NCBI GenBank assembly: GCA_029779845.1
Contig: JAKOZT010000064.1
Location: 334-64,333, forward strand
Source of the DNA: Pseudomonadota bacterium
Lineage (GTDB): Bacteria; Pseudomonadota; Gammaproteobacteria; Burkholderiales; Burkholderiaceae_C
Direction: 5' to 3'
DNA length: 64,000 nucleotides
The position numbers and the translations under genes were made by a program. Numbering within the stretch: the first letter of the stretch is position 1; every line of letters begins with the position of its first letter. Below are positions 43,511 through 52,963 of the stretch, one piece after another. The notes below the pieces were generated by a model. The model did no database searches and was not told where the DNA came from. It saw only the letters and a program-made list of their open reading frames with translations.

Positions 43511-43969
43511 ATGACGACCTATCAATCGGTACGCGCCCAAATCGCCAAGCTCGAAAAGCAAGCCGAGTCGCTGCGGCAGCAGGAATTGAAGAATGTGATT
43601 GCGCAGGTGCGCGAGGTGGTCTCGCAATACGGCCTGACGGCGGCCGACCTCGGCCTGAGCGGTGCTCGCGGCGCGCGTGGTGCCAAAGTGCGCGGCGTGA
43701 AGCGGGCGCGCCGCGCCAGCGCGGGCGTGGCTAAATACCGCGACCCGGCCACCGGACAGACCTGGACCGGCCACGGCCGCCCGCCGGCGTGGATCGTCGC
43801 CGCGAAGGACCGCGAGGCTTTTCTGATCAACGGCGCGGCGCCGGCGAAGAAGAAGCCGGCCGCGAAGAAGCCGGCGGCGAAAAAGGCCGCGGCGAAGAAA
43901 TCGGCAAAGAAGGGCCGCGCGCGCAAGACGCCGGCGGTGCAGATCGAATCGGGCGTGGCGGCGCAGTAG
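43511..43969 (+). CDS. H-NS family nucleoid-associated protein with Lys/Ala-rich histone-H1-like tail, 152 aa
   Basis: ATG at 43511. N-terminal coiled coil (QIAKLEKQAESLRQQELKNVI). DNA-binding motif YRDPATGQTWTGHGRPPAWI. Tail is AAPAKKKPAAKKPAAKKAAAKKSAKKGRARK. Confidence 0.8.
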   Translation: MTTYQSVRAQIAKLEKQAESLRQQELKNVIAQVREVVSQYGLTAADLGLSGARGARGAKVRGVKRARRASAGVAKYRDPATGQTWTGHGRPPAWIVAAKDREAFLINGAAPAKKKPAAKKPAAKKAAAKKSAKKGRARKTPAVQIESGVAAQ

Positions 43970-43976
43970 TTTCATT

Positions 43977-46019
43977 TCAAAAGGCGCGCCGCACGCGCGC
44001 CATCAGATCGATCGCCGGCAGCGGCGTGGTATTCGCCGCTTCGGCGCCCAGCGCCGCCGCCGGCGCCATGCGCTCGAAATGGCGCTGCGCGATGTCTTCC
44101 GGAATGAAGCGCGTCAGCGCGCCGTACAGGTGGCGGTCGCCGTATTTCGCCTGCTGCGTGAGGTGGAATTTCTGCGGCACCAGCAGCGTGAGCTGGTGCC
44201 TGGCGCGCGTCATCGCCACGTAGAGCAGGCGGCGCTCTTCCTCGATCTCGTCGCCGTGGCCGGTGGCCACGTCGGCCGGCATGCAGCCGTCGACGGCGTT
44301 GAGCACGTGTACCGAGGCCCATTCCTGTCCCTTGGCGGAGTGCATGGTCGACAGGATCAGGTAGTCCTCGTCGCGATGCGGCGCGTCGGATTCGTCGCTG
44401 GTGGCCTCGGGCGGGTCGAGCGTCAGCTCGGCGAGAAAGCGCTCGCGGCTCGTGAAGGTCGCGGCGATGCGCTCGAGCTGCGCGAGGTCGCCGCGCCGGA
44501 TCGCGGCGTCTTCGTGCAGGCGTTCCAGTTGCGGCTCGTACCAGCGCCGCGCCAGCGTGATCGCCCCGGGCCAGGGCGCATCGGCCAGCGCGGCGTGCGC
44601 CGCCAGCCAGTCGCGCCAGCCCGCGGCGGCGGCGGCTGAAGGCTTGAAGCCGCGCAGCGCGGCGAGCGGGTCGGCCGCGGTCTCGATCGCATCGAGCAGC
44701 CGCCGCGCCGAGGCCGGCCCGAGCCCGGGGATCAGCGTCGCGACGCGGAACGCCGCCAGCCGGCCGCGCGGGTTCTGCGCCCAGCGCAGCACCGAGAGCA
44801 GGTCCTTCACGTGTGCCGCTTCGAGGAAGCGCAGCCCGCCGTACTTGACGAAGGGGATGCCGCGGCGCGTCAGCTCCAGTTCGAGCGCGGCGCCGTGGTG
44901 GCCGGTGCGGAACAGCACCGCCTGCTGGCGCAGCCGCAGCCCGTTCTCGCGCTGCAGCAGCACGTCGTCGGCGACGAAGCGCGCCTGAGCCGCCTCGTCG
45001 GCCACCGTCACGAGGCGCGGCTTCGCGCCGGCGCGGCCGCTGTGCAGATCCTTGGTGAAGCGCTCGGCGGCGCGCGCGATCACCGCGTTGGAGGCGTCGA
45101 GGATGGGCTGCGTCGAGCGGTAGTTGTGCGTCAGCGCCAGCGTGCGCGCGGCCGGCGCGAACTGCGCCGGGAAGTCGAGGATGTTGCGCACCTCGGCGGC
45201 GCGGAAGGAATAGATCGCCTGCGCGTCGTCGCCCACCACGGTGAGGCCGCGGCCGTCGGGTTGGAGCGCGCGCAGGATCGCGGCCTGCAGGCGGTTGGTG
45301 TCCTGGTATTCGTCGACCAGCACGTGGTCGAAGCGCGCGCCGATCGCCTGCGCCAGCGCCGGCTCGCTCATCGTCTGCTGCCAGTACAGCAGCAGGTCGT
45401 CGTAGTCGAGCACCTGCTGGCGCTGCTTGGCGTCCACATAGGCGGCGAACAGACGCTTCAGCTCGGCCTCGTGGCCGCGCACCCAGGGGAAGGTCGTGGC
45501 GACGACGTCGTCGACGCCGGCCTGCGCGTTGACCACGCGCGAATAGATCGCGAGGCAGGTGCCCTTGAGCGGAAAGCGCCGCTCGCCGCTGCCGAGTTCG
45601 AGTTCCTGGCGCACCCAGCCCATCAGGTCTTCGGCGTCGGCGCGGTCGAGCAGCGTGAACTGCGGCGCGAGGCCGATCGAAGCGGCGTACTCGCGCAGCA
45701 GCCGCGCGCCGACGGCGTGGAAGGTGCCGGCCCAGGGCAGCAGCGGCGCGCCCTGCGTGGCGTGCAGCCCGAGCGCGGCGTGCAGCAGCGCGCCGCAGCG
45801 GCGCTGCATCTCCTGCGCGGCGCGGCGCGAGAAGGTCAGCAGCAGGATGCGGTTCGGGTCGGCGCCGTCGAGCACGAGGCGGGCGACGCGCGCGGCCAGC
45901 GTCATCGTCTTGCCGGTACCCGCGCCGGCGATCACCAGCAGCGGCGCGCCGCGGTGCTCGACGGCGGCGCGCTGCGCGTCGTTGAGGGCGGCGAAAGGGT
46001 CGGCGAGGGCGGCGTTCAT
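43977..46019 (-). CDS. UvrD/Rep family ATP-dependent DNA helicase, 680 aa
   Basis: Distal part of track ORF 43977..46394. ATG at 46019 (MNAALADPFAALNDAQRAAVEH). Walker A AGAGTGKT. Motifs VDEYQDTN, VVGDDAQAIYSFR, TMHSAKGQEW. Confidence 0.9.
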   Translation of the reverse strand: MNAALADPFAALNDAQRAAVEHRGAPLLVIAGAGTGKTMTLAARVARLVLDGADPNRILLLTFSRRAAQEMQRRCGALLHAALGLHATQGAPLLPWAGTFHAVGARLLREYAASIGLAPQFTLLDRADAEDLMGWVRQELELGSGERRFPLKGTCLAIYSRVVNAQAGVDDVVATTFPWVRGHEAELKRLFAAYVDAKQRQQVLDYDDLLLYWQQTMSEPALAQAIGARFDHVLVDEYQDTNRLQAAILRALQPDGRGLTVVGDDAQAIYSFRAAEVRNILDFPAQFAPAARTLALTHNYRSTQPILDASNAVIARAAERFTKDLHSGRAGAKPRLVTVADEAAQARFVADDVLLQRENGLRLRQQAVLFRTGHHGAALELELTRRGIPFVKYGGLRFLEAAHVKDLLSVLRWAQNPRGRLAAFRVATLIPGLGPASARRLLDAIETAADPLAALRGFKPSAAAAAGWRDWLAAHAALADAPWPGAITLARRWYEPQLERLHEDAAIRRGDLAQLERIAATFTSRERFLAELTLDPPEATSDESDAPHRDEDYLILSTMHSAKGQEWASVHVLNAVDGCMPADVATGHGDEIEEERRLLYVAMTRARHQLTLLVPQKFHLTQQAKYGDRHLYGALTRFIPEDIAQRHFERMAPAAALGAEAANTTPLPAIDLMARVRRAF

Positions 46020-46061
46020 CGAAGCGAAACTGTATACGCATCCAGTGGCAGAATCCGCCGC

Positions 46062-46418
46062 ATGGCCCTCGTGTATTCCACCGATGGCGGGCGCATGTGC
46101 CCGCACTGCCGCCAGCCGCTGGCGGCCTGCCGCTGCGCCGAGGCGGCGCGCAAGGCGGTGCGCGAGACTGTTCGCGGTGGGGGCCAGGTGCGCGTCAGCC
46201 GCGAACGCGGCGGCCGCGGCGGCAAGACGGTGACGCTGGTGCGCGGCCTCGCGCTCGACGCCGACGCGCTGGCCGCCCTCGGCAAGCGCCTGCGCGCGGC
46301 CTGCGGCGCCGGCGGCGCGGCCAAGGACGGCGTGCTGGAGATCCAGGGCGACCACGTCGAGCGCGTGCTGGCGCTGCTCGCACAGGAGGGCCACGCGGCC
46401 AGGCGCTCCGGCGGCTGA
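46062..46418 (+). CDS. yciH: SUI1/YciH family translation initiation factor-like protein, 118 aa
   Basis: MALVYSTDGGRMCPHCRQPLAACRC..RGGRGGKTVTLVRGL..LKAACGAGGAAKDGVLEIQGDH matches the bacterial SUI1 pattern. Confidence 0.8.
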   Translation: MALVYSTDGGRMCPHCRQPLAACRCAEAARKAVRETVRGGGQVRVSRERGGRGGKTVTLVRGLALDADALAALGKRLRAACGAGGAAKDGVLEIQGDHVERVLALLAQEGHAARRSGG

Positions 46419-46524
46419 GGAGTGCCTCGGCAGCAGCGGCGTTTGCGCTCGCTTACCAATCCGTGTGACGGATTTCTCGTTTTGTCACGGTCCCGGGCTA
46501 TGCTGCGCGCCCGAGGAATCGACG

Positions 46525-47259
46525 ATGGCCACCGAAGAACACGCTTCCACGCTCTGGCAGATCAGCCACTTCGAGCGGGCGCACCCGCAGGCGCCGCGCA
46601 ACCCGGACCGGCCGACCATCGTCTCCAGCACGCTGATGGCCGAACTGGCCGCGCTGGAGCGCCGCCAGGACGAGAACGATGCGCTCGAAGTGCTGGCCGC
46701 CTGCGTGCGCCTGCAGGAGCCTGCGCTGGTGTACCTGCGCGTGGCCGAGCTGGTGTGGCCGGTGACGGTGTTCCCGGCGCAGATGCTCTACCACTCGCCG
46801 CGCCCGCTGACCGAGGCGGCCGACGCCGCGCTGGCGCGCGTGGCCGCGATGGCCGTCGAGCCGCCGGGGCTGCGCCCTCCCGGCCAGGCGCTGGACCAAC
46901 GCGCCGCGGCCGACGACAGCGTCTACGCGCTCGCGCCGGCGCTGTGGCGGCTCGCGCTGCATGGCCCGCGCGGCCGGCTGCTCAACGAGATCGGCGGCAC
47001 CGCGGCCTACCGCGTGCTGCGCAACCCGAAGCTCGACGAGCTGCCGCTGCCCGGCGCGCTCGGCGCGGCGGCCGAGCGGCTGCGGCGCGAATCGGCCTCG
47101 CTCAAGCAGATCGCCTCCTGGCCCGGCATGAGCGTGGAGCGCGCCGCGCGGCTGCTCAACGCGCTGTACCTGAACGCCAACCTGATGGTCTCGCGCAGCG
47201 GCGCCGCGGCGCGGCCCGAGCCGCGCAAGAGCCTGTTCGGCTGGTTGAGCGGGCGCTGA
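46525..47259 (+). CDS. hypothetical protein, 244 aa
   Basis: Track ORF 46465..47259. I prefer ATG 46525, with GAGGAA upstream (MATEEHASTLWQISHFERAH). Normal composition, no domain recognised. Confidence 0.5.
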   Translation: MATEEHASTLWQISHFERAHPQAPRNPDRPTIVSSTLMAELAALERRQDENDALEVLAACVRLQEPALVYLRVAELVWPVTVFPAQMLYHSPRPLTEAADAALARVAAMAVEPPGLRPPGQALDQRAAADDSVYALAPALWRLALHGPRGRLLNEIGGTAAYRVLRNPKLDELPLPGALGAAAERLRRESASLKQIASWPGMSVERAARLLNALYLNANLMVSRSGAAARPEPRKSLFGWLSGR

Positions 47260-47367
47260 TCGTTCCCGCTCAGGGCGACGGACTCCAAGTCATCGCGCCG
47301 TCACCGGGCCTTCACGCCCGCGTCACTCCGCCGCCCGAGCATCGCGGGCAATCACGGAGGACCGACG

Positions 47368-48207
47368 ATGCGGGATCTGCCCCTGCCCACGCTGCCCCTT
47401 GCCGACCTGATCGCGCCCGCCACGGCGAGCCGGAGGTCGCTTCATCCGCCGCCTGCGCACACCGACGCGCCGCGCCTCGTCGTGGCTTGGGCGGCTGACG
47501 CGGCGGATGTGCGCGCCGCGCAGCGGCTGAGGCATGCCGTCTTCGCCGACGAGATGGGCGCGAAGCTCGCCGTGCCGCCCGGCGCGCCGGGCGGCCACGA
47601 CATCGACGTGTTCGACGACTTCTGCGAGCACCTGATCGTGCGCGCGCCCGAGGGCGCCGACGGCGAGCTCGGCGAGGTGGTCGGCACCTACCGCGTGCTG
47701 ACGCCGGCGGCGGCGCGGCGTGTCGGCGGCCTGTACAGCGATCGCGAGTTCGACCTGACGCGGCTGCGCCCGTACCGCGCACGCCTGGTCGAGCTGGGCC
47801 GCTCCTGCGTGCATGCCGACTGGCGCTCCGGCGGCGTGATCCTCGCGCTGTGGGGCGCGCTGGCCGAATTCATGGCGCGCAACCGGCTCGAGACGATGAT
47901 CGGCTGCGCCAGCGTGGGCATGCGCGACGGCGGCCACGTGGCCGCCAGCCTGTGGGAGCAGCTGCGCCAGACGCACCTCGCGCCCATCGAATGCCAGGTG
48001 CGGCCGCGCCTGCCGCTGCCGGTGGAGGAACTGCGCCGCGACCTGGCGGTGGAGCCGCCGCCGCTGATCAAGGGCTACCTGCGCTGCGGCGCGAAGCTGC
48101 TCGGCGCGCCGGCCTGGGATCCCGACTTCGGCACCGCCGACCTGCCGCTGCTGCTGCGCATCGCCGACCTGCCGGCGCGCTACCGGCGCCACTTCGGCGC
48201 GGCCTGA
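47368..48207 (+). CDS. olsB: GNAT-fold N-acyltransferase, OlsB-like (ornithine/amino-acid lipid synthesis family)
   Basis: GGAGG, then ATG at 47368. AAQRLRHAVFADEMGA..FDDFCEHLIV..VVGTYRVL..YSDREFDL..ELGRSCVHADWR..IKGYLRCGA is the hemolysin-like/OlsB family pattern. Confidence 0.7.
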   Translation: MRDLPLPTLPLADLIAPATASRRSLHPPPAHTDAPRLVVAWAADAADVRAAQRLRHAVFADEMGAKLAVPPGAPGGHDIDVFDDFCEHLIVRAPEGADGELGEVVGTYRVLTPAAARRVGGLYSDREFDLTRLRPYRARLVELGRSCVHADWRSGGVILALWGALAEFMARNRLETMIGCASVGMRDGGHVAASLWEQLRQTHLAPIECQVRPRLPLPVEELRRDLAVEPPPLIKGYLRCGAKLLGAPAWDPDFGTADLPLLLRIADLPARYRRHFGAA

Positions 48208-49076
48208 ACGCCGCCGGCACCGGCCGGGCGCAGCAGCGTGCGTACGGCCTCGTCGTGCAGCGCGTCGACCGCCGCCGACTGCGCCGAAGCCTTGCTGCGC
48301 AGCACCGCCACTTCCATCGTCGAGAGCGCCGGCAGGCCCTGCTTGTCGCCCAGGATCGTCAGGCCCGGCGGCACGCTGCAGCGCGTCAGCACCGCCACCG
48401 CGATGCCGCTTTCCACCGCGGCGATCTGGCCGGCCAGGCTGGAGCTGTTGTAGACCACGCGCCAGGCGCGCCGCTGTGCGCCCAGCGCCGCGAACGCCTG
48501 CTTGCGCGCCAGGCTGCCCGGCTCGTAGACGGCCACCGGCAGCGGCTCGCGCCGCCAGGCTTCGTGCTGCGCCGCGCCCACCCACACCAGCGGCTCCTCG
48601 AACAGCAGCGTGCCGCGCGTGGGCCGGTCGCGCGAGACCAGCGCCAGGTCCAGCTCGCCGCGCTGCACGCGCGGGATCAGCGCGGTCGACTGCTCGCAGT
48701 CGAGCACGATCTCGACGCCGGCGTGGCGCGCCGCGAAGCTGCGCAGCACCGGCGTCAGGTAGCGCGCCGCGTAGTCGTCGGGCACGCCCAGGCGCACGCG
48801 GCCGCTGAGCTGCGGGCCGTGCAGCGCGGCCAGCGCGTCGCCGTGCAGCTCGAGCAGGCGGCGCGCGTAGCCGAGCAGCTCGGCGCCGGCCGGCGTCAGC
48901 TCGAGGTGGCGCGGCCCGCGCAGCAGCAGCGGCGCTCCGGCGGCTTCTTCGAGCTTGAGCAGCTGCATGCTCACCGCCGAGGCCGAGCGGTGCAGGCGCG
49001 GCGCCGCCGCGGCCAGCGAGCCGGCATCGACCACGGCGACGAAGGCGCGCAGCCAGTCGAGTTGCAGGTCGCGCAT
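48180..49076 (-). CDS. LysR family transcriptional regulator, 298 aa
   Basis: ATG at 49076 (MRDLQLDWLRAFVAVVDAGSLAAAAPRLHRSASAVSMQLLKLEE is a LysR HTH). Divergent from the EamA transporter gene. Confidence 0.9.
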   Translation of the reverse strand: MRDLQLDWLRAFVAVVDAGSLAAAAPRLHRSASAVSMQLLKLEEAAGAPLLLRGPRHLELTPAGAELLGYARRLLELHGDALAALHGPQLSGRVRLGVPDDYAARYLTPVLRSFAARHAGVEIVLDCEQSTALIPRVQRGELDLALVSRDRPTRGTLLFEEPLVWVGAAQHEAWRREPLPVAVYEPGSLARKQAFAALGAQRRAWRVVYNSSSLAGQIAAVESGIAVAVLTRCSVPPGLTILGDKQGLPALSTMEVAVLRSKASAQSAAVDALHDEAVRTLLRPAGAGGVQAAPKWRR

Positions 49077-49089
49077 GCCCGTTCCTTCA

Positions 49090-49110
49090 ATCGTTCGATT
49101 TTCGAATGAT
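49090..49110. promoter_or_regulatory. LysR-type T-N11-A palindromic box
   Basis: ATCGTTCGA-TTT-TCGAATGAT, with 8/9 arm complementarity. Lies in the 88-bp divergent intergenic region between the LysR and EamA genes. Confidence 0.5.
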
Positions 49111-49164
49111 AGACAGCTGAAGATTCCGCTTTTCTGACGCTGCCGCCACGGCGACGATGGCGGC

Positions 49165-50097
49165 ATGACATCCTCTTCACATCAACGCCAGGGCCTGTGG
49201 CTGATGAGCGCCGGCGGCGCGCTGCTCGGCACGCTGGGCCTGTTCCTCGAGCGCTCGGGCGCGCAGCCGCTGACGGCGGTGTGGTTCCGCTGCGCCTTCG
49301 GCTTGCTGGCGCTGCTGGCCTGGGGCGCGGCGACGCGGCGCCTCGCCGAGTTGCGCCTGCGTGGCCGCATGTTGGCGGCCGCGCTGGGCGCCGGCGCGCT
49401 GGTGGTGTTCAACTGGGCGAGCTTCTTCGCGGCCATCGAGCGCACCTCGATCGGCGTGGCGACAGTGGTCGTTCACGTGCAGCCGATCTGGGTGATGCTG
49501 CTGGGCGCCTGGTGGTGGCGCGAGCGCATCTCTGCGCGCCAGGCGCTGGCGGTGCCCGTGGCGCTGCTCGGCCTCGCGCTCGCCAGCGGTGTGCTCGACG
49601 AAAGCCGTGCGGCGATCGGCCACGACTACCTCGTCGGCCTCGCGCTGTGCCTGGTCGGCTCGTTCACCTACGCGATCGTCACGCTGCTCGCCAAGGCGGC
49701 GCAGGGCGTGGGCTCGTATGCCTTCGCCACCTGGCAGTGCGGCGTCGGCGCGCTGGCGCTGGCGTGGTGGCCGTGGCTGCACGGCTGGCCCGGGCTTGCT
49801 GCCTGGGGCTGGCTCGCCGGCCTGGGCGTGCTGCACACCGGCCTGGCCTACGTGCTGATGTACGCCGGCATGGCGAAGCTGCCCACGGCGCGCATCGCGG
49901 TGCTGCAGTTCGTCTACCCGGCGGTGGCGGTGCTGGTCGACCAGCTGGTTTACGCCCGCGTGCTGAGCCCGCTGCAATGGGGCGGCGTCGCGCTGATGGG
50001 CCTGGCACTGTGGGGTGCGAACCGCAATGCGCAGCCGGCGCGCCGCGAGGCTGGCAAGATAGCGCCCCGCCGTCGCGGCTGCACGCCCAGTTCATGA
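49165..50097 (+). CDS. EamA/DMT family transporter
   Basis: Complete track ORF. About ten hydrophobic helices, a two-EamA-repeat layout, and a basic C-terminal tail. Confidence 0.8.
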   Translation: MTSSSHQRQGLWLMSAGGALLGTLGLFLERSGAQPLTAVWFRCAFGLLALLAWGAATRRLAELRLRGRMLAAALGAGALVVFNWASFFAAIERTSIGVATVVVHVQPIWVMLLGAWWWRERISARQALAVPVALLGLALASGVLDESRAAIGHDYLVGLALCLVGSFTYAIVTLLAKAAQGVGSYAFATWQCGVGALALAWWPWLHGWPGLAAWGWLAGLGVLHTGLAYVLMYAGMAKLPTARIAVLQFVYPAVAVLVDQLVYARVLSPLQWGGVALMGLALWGANRNAQPARREAGKIAPRRRGCTPSS

Positions 50098-51692
50098 CCC
50101 ACTCCTTCCTCGGCCGGCGCGGCATCGCCGTCGCGCCGCACAGCCTGGCCTCCGAATCCGCCCTGCGCGTGCTGCGCGAAGGCGGCAATGCGCTCGAAGC
50201 GATGATCGCCGCCGCCGCGACCATCGCCGTGGTCTACCCGCACATGAACTCGATCGGCGGCGACGGGTTCTGGGTGATCGGCGGGCCGAACGGCCCGCTC
50301 GCGGGCATCGACGCCAGCGGGGCGAGCGCGGCCGCCGCGTCGATCGAGCGCTACGCGCGGCGCGGCATCACGGGCAGCATTCCGTTTCGCGGCGGCATGG
50401 CCGCGCTGACCGTGGCCGGCACGATCTCCGGCTGGGGCGCGGCGCAGGCGCTGGCGAAGGAATGGGGCGGGCGCCTGCCGCTCGCGCGCCTGCTCGAAGA
50501 CGCGATCTGGTACGCACGCGAAGGCATTCCGGTGACGCACAGCCAGCACGCCGCCACGGCCGCCAAGCTCGGCGAGCTGCGCGACATCCCGGGCTTCGCG
50601 GCGAGCTTCCTGATCGACGGCCAGGCGCCGGCCGCTTTCAGCAATTTCCGCCAGCCGCGCCTGGCCGCCACGCTGGCGCGCATCGCCGAACACGGCAGCG
50701 AGGACTTCTACCGCGGCGCGCTGGCGAAGCAGATCGCCGCCGAGCTCGCCGCGGTCGGCAGCCCGCTCACGGCCGACGATCTCGCCGCGCACCACGCCAG
50801 GCGCGTCGATCCGCTGACGCTGGAGATTCCGAACGCGACGCTCGCCAACATGACGCCACCCTCGCAGGGCGTGGTGTCGCTGATGATCCTGGGCATCATG
50901 CAGCGCCTGCCGGGCTGGGACGCCGACCCGCTCGGCGCGCCCTTCGTGCATGCGCAGGTGGAAGCCACCAAGCAGGCCTTCGCGCTGCGCGACCGCCACG
51001 TCACCGACCCGGCGTTCATGTCGATCGCTCCCGCCGACCTGCTGCGCGCCGAACTGCTGGACGAACTCGCCGCGAACATCGACATGCGTCGCGCCGCGCC
51101 CTGGGGCCGGCGCAGCGATCCCGGCGACACGGTGTGGATGGGTGTGATCGACGACCACGGCCGCGCGGTCTCGTTCATCCAGAGCATCTACCACGAGTTC
51201 GGCGCCGGCGTGGTGCTGGCCGGCTCGGGCATCAACTGGCAGAACCGCGGCTGCAGCTTCAGCCTGGATGCGCGCCACATCAACGCGCTGGCGCCGCGCA
51301 AGCGGCCCTTCCACACGCTCAACCCGGCGCTGGCGCGGCTGGCCGACGGCCGGCTGATGGTCTACGGCACGATGGGCGGCGACGGCCAGCCGCAGACGCA
51401 GGCCACGGTGTTCAACCGCATCCAGCGCTTCGGCCTCGATCCGCAGGCCGCGATCGAAGCACCGCGCTGGGTGCTCGGCCGCACCTGGGGGCTGGCGAGC
51501 GACAGCCTGAAGCTCGAAGCGCGCTTTCCCTCGGCCACCGTCGACGTGCTGCGCGCGATCGGCCACGAGGTCGAACTGCTCGCCGACTGGGACGAATCGG
51601 TCGGCCACGCCGGCGCATTGATCCGCCATGACGACGGCCTCCTGATCGGCGGCTTCGACCCGCGCAGCAACGGCGCGGTGGCGGCGTTCTGA
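50094..51692 (+). CDS. gamma-glutamyltransferase family protein, 532 aa
   Basis: ATGA overlap with the EamA stop. GIAVAPHSLASESALRVLREGGNALEA..NSIGGDGFW..PGDTVWMGVID (Thr nucleophile context)..TLNPA..GTMGGDGQPQ. Confidence 0.85.
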   Translation: MTHSFLGRRGIAVAPHSLASESALRVLREGGNALEAMIAAAATIAVVYPHMNSIGGDGFWVIGGPNGPLAGIDASGASAAAASIERYARRGITGSIPFRGGMAALTVAGTISGWGAAQALAKEWGGRLPLARLLEDAIWYAREGIPVTHSQHAATAAKLGELRDIPGFAASFLIDGQAPAAFSNFRQPRLAATLARIAEHGSEDFYRGALAKQIAAELAAVGSPLTADDLAAHHARRVDPLTLEIPNATLANMTPPSQGVVSLMILGIMQRLPGWDADPLGAPFVHAQVEATKQAFALRDRHVTDPAFMSIAPADLLRAELLDELAANIDMRRAAPWGRRSDPGDTVWMGVIDDHGRAVSFIQSIYHEFGAGVVLAGSGINWQNRGCSFSLDARHINALAPRKRPFHTLNPALARLADGRLMVYGTMGGDGQPQTQATVFNRIQRFGLDPQAAIEAPRWVLGRTWGLASDSLKLEARFPSATVDVLRAIGHEVELLADWDESVGHAGALIRHDDGLLIGGFDPRSNGAVAAF

Positions 51693-51694
51693 CC

Positions 51695-52963
51695 ATGTCA
51701 TCGAACGACGCCACCACCCTCACCACGCTCGCCAACGGCGTGCGCGTCATCGTGCTGGCGCTGCCCGGCGCCGGCAGCGCGAGCGTCAGCGTGTTCGTGC
51801 GCACCGGCAGCGCGCACGAGGGCGCGAAGCTCAACGGCATCAGCCACGTGGTCGAGCACATGGCCTTCAAGGGCACGCGCACGCGCGACTGCCAGCGCAT
51901 CAACCTCGACGCCGAGCGGCTCGGCGCCGAGGTCAACGCGCACACCGACAAGGACCACACCGCCTTCCACATGCGCGGCCTGGCCGGCGACGCGCCGGCC
52001 TTCGTGCGCCAGCTCGGCGACATCGTGCGCGACAGCACCTTCCCCGACGACGAGCTGGAGCGCGAGCGCCGCGTGATCCTGCACGAGATCGCCGACGACG
52101 AGGACGACCCGCTGACCCTGGCCTTCCAGGCCTTCGACCGCGAATGCTTCGGCGCGCACCCGGCCGGGCTGCCGGTGATCGGCAAGCGCGCCAACATCGA
52201 GCGCTTCACGCGCGACGACCTGCTCGGCTATGTGCAGCGCCAGTACAGCGGCGCCAACGTGGTGGTCGGCGTGGCCGGCGAGGTCGACGCGGCGGCGGTG
52301 CTCGACGCGGCCGAAGAGGCCTTCGGCGGCCTGCCGCAAGGCGAGGTGAATGCGCTCGCCGCGCCGCCCTGGATCGGCGGCATCGCGACCAGGCGCCTGA
52401 CCGGCAGCAGCCAGACGCACGTGGTGATCGGCTGGCCGATCGCCTCCTTGGTCGACGACGACCCGGCCGCCATCGTCGCCGCCGCGGTGCTGGGCGAGGG
52501 CATGAGCTCGCCGCTGCTCGACCGCATCCGCGAGCGCAAGGGCCTGGCCTACTACACCCACTGCTCGGCCGACGTGCTCGGGCTGTGGGGCCAGTTCGTC
52601 GTCGAGGCTTCGGTGGCGCCGGAGCATCTCGACGAGTTCTGCACCGAGGTGCTCGCGCTGATGCGCGAGCTGGCCGGCGGCGTGGGCGCGGTCGACCTGG
52701 AGCGCGCGCGCAACCAGCTCGCGGTGCGCGCGCTGCGCTCGGCCGAGCAGCCGTACCGGCGCGTCGAGGAGGCCTGCCTCGACTTGCTCTTTCTCGACCG
52801 CGTGCGCCCGCGCGAACAAAGCCTGCAGCGGCTGCTCGGCGTGAGCGGCGAGCGCATCGCCGAGACCTTCGCCGCGATGCTGGCGCGGCCGGTGGCGGCC
52901 GCGCTGGCGGGCAGCCTGCCGCGCCAGGCGCTGCGCCACGCCGAGGCGAGGCTGCGTGGCTGA
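51695..52963 (+). CDS. M16 (pitrilysin/insulinase) family zinc peptidase
   Basis: Complete track ORF. Inverted zinc motif HVVEHMAFKGT (HxxEH), with a downstream E in RERRVILHEI. Confidence 0.85.
   Translation: MSSNDATTLTTLANGVRVIVLALPGAGSASVSVFVRTGSAHEGAKLNGISHVVEHMAFKGTRTRDCQRINLDAERLGAEVNAHTDKDHTAFHMRGLAGDAPAFVRQLGDIVRDSTFPDDELERERRVILHEIADDEDDPLTLAFQAFDRECFGAHPAGLPVIGKRANIERFTRDDLLGYVQRQYSGANVVVGVAGEVDAAAVLDAAEEAFGGLPQGEVNALAAPPWIGGIATRRLTGSSQTHVVIGWPIASLVDDDPAAIVAAAVLGEGMSSPLLDRIRERKGLAYYTHCSADVLGLWGQFVVEASVAPEHLDEFCTEVLALMRELAGGVGAVDLERARNQLAVRALRSAEQPYRRVEEACLDLLFLDRVRPREQSLQRLLGVSGERIAETFAAMLARPVAAALAGSLPRQALRHAEARLRG

Noticed and set aside
42362-43969. Calling the TA/H-NS patch or the 29.7-32.7 kb lower-GC block a mobile element
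   Set aside because: No integrase, transposase, flanking direct repeats or tRNA attachment site is visible in the window. Only compositional deviation supports foreign origin, so I report these as findings rather than mobile_element features.
13597-43981. Recurring AT-rich 9-mer TTCATTTCA at 13597-13605, 26976-26984 and 43973-43981 (plus TCATTTCAA at 29698-29706)
   Set aside because: Three copies sit at or just after stop codons of minus-strand genes (TGAAATGAA) with no common flanks, and the fourth is part of the Fur-like box. This is most simply stop-codon-rich AT sequence at gene ends. I cannot assess significance without genome-wide counts.
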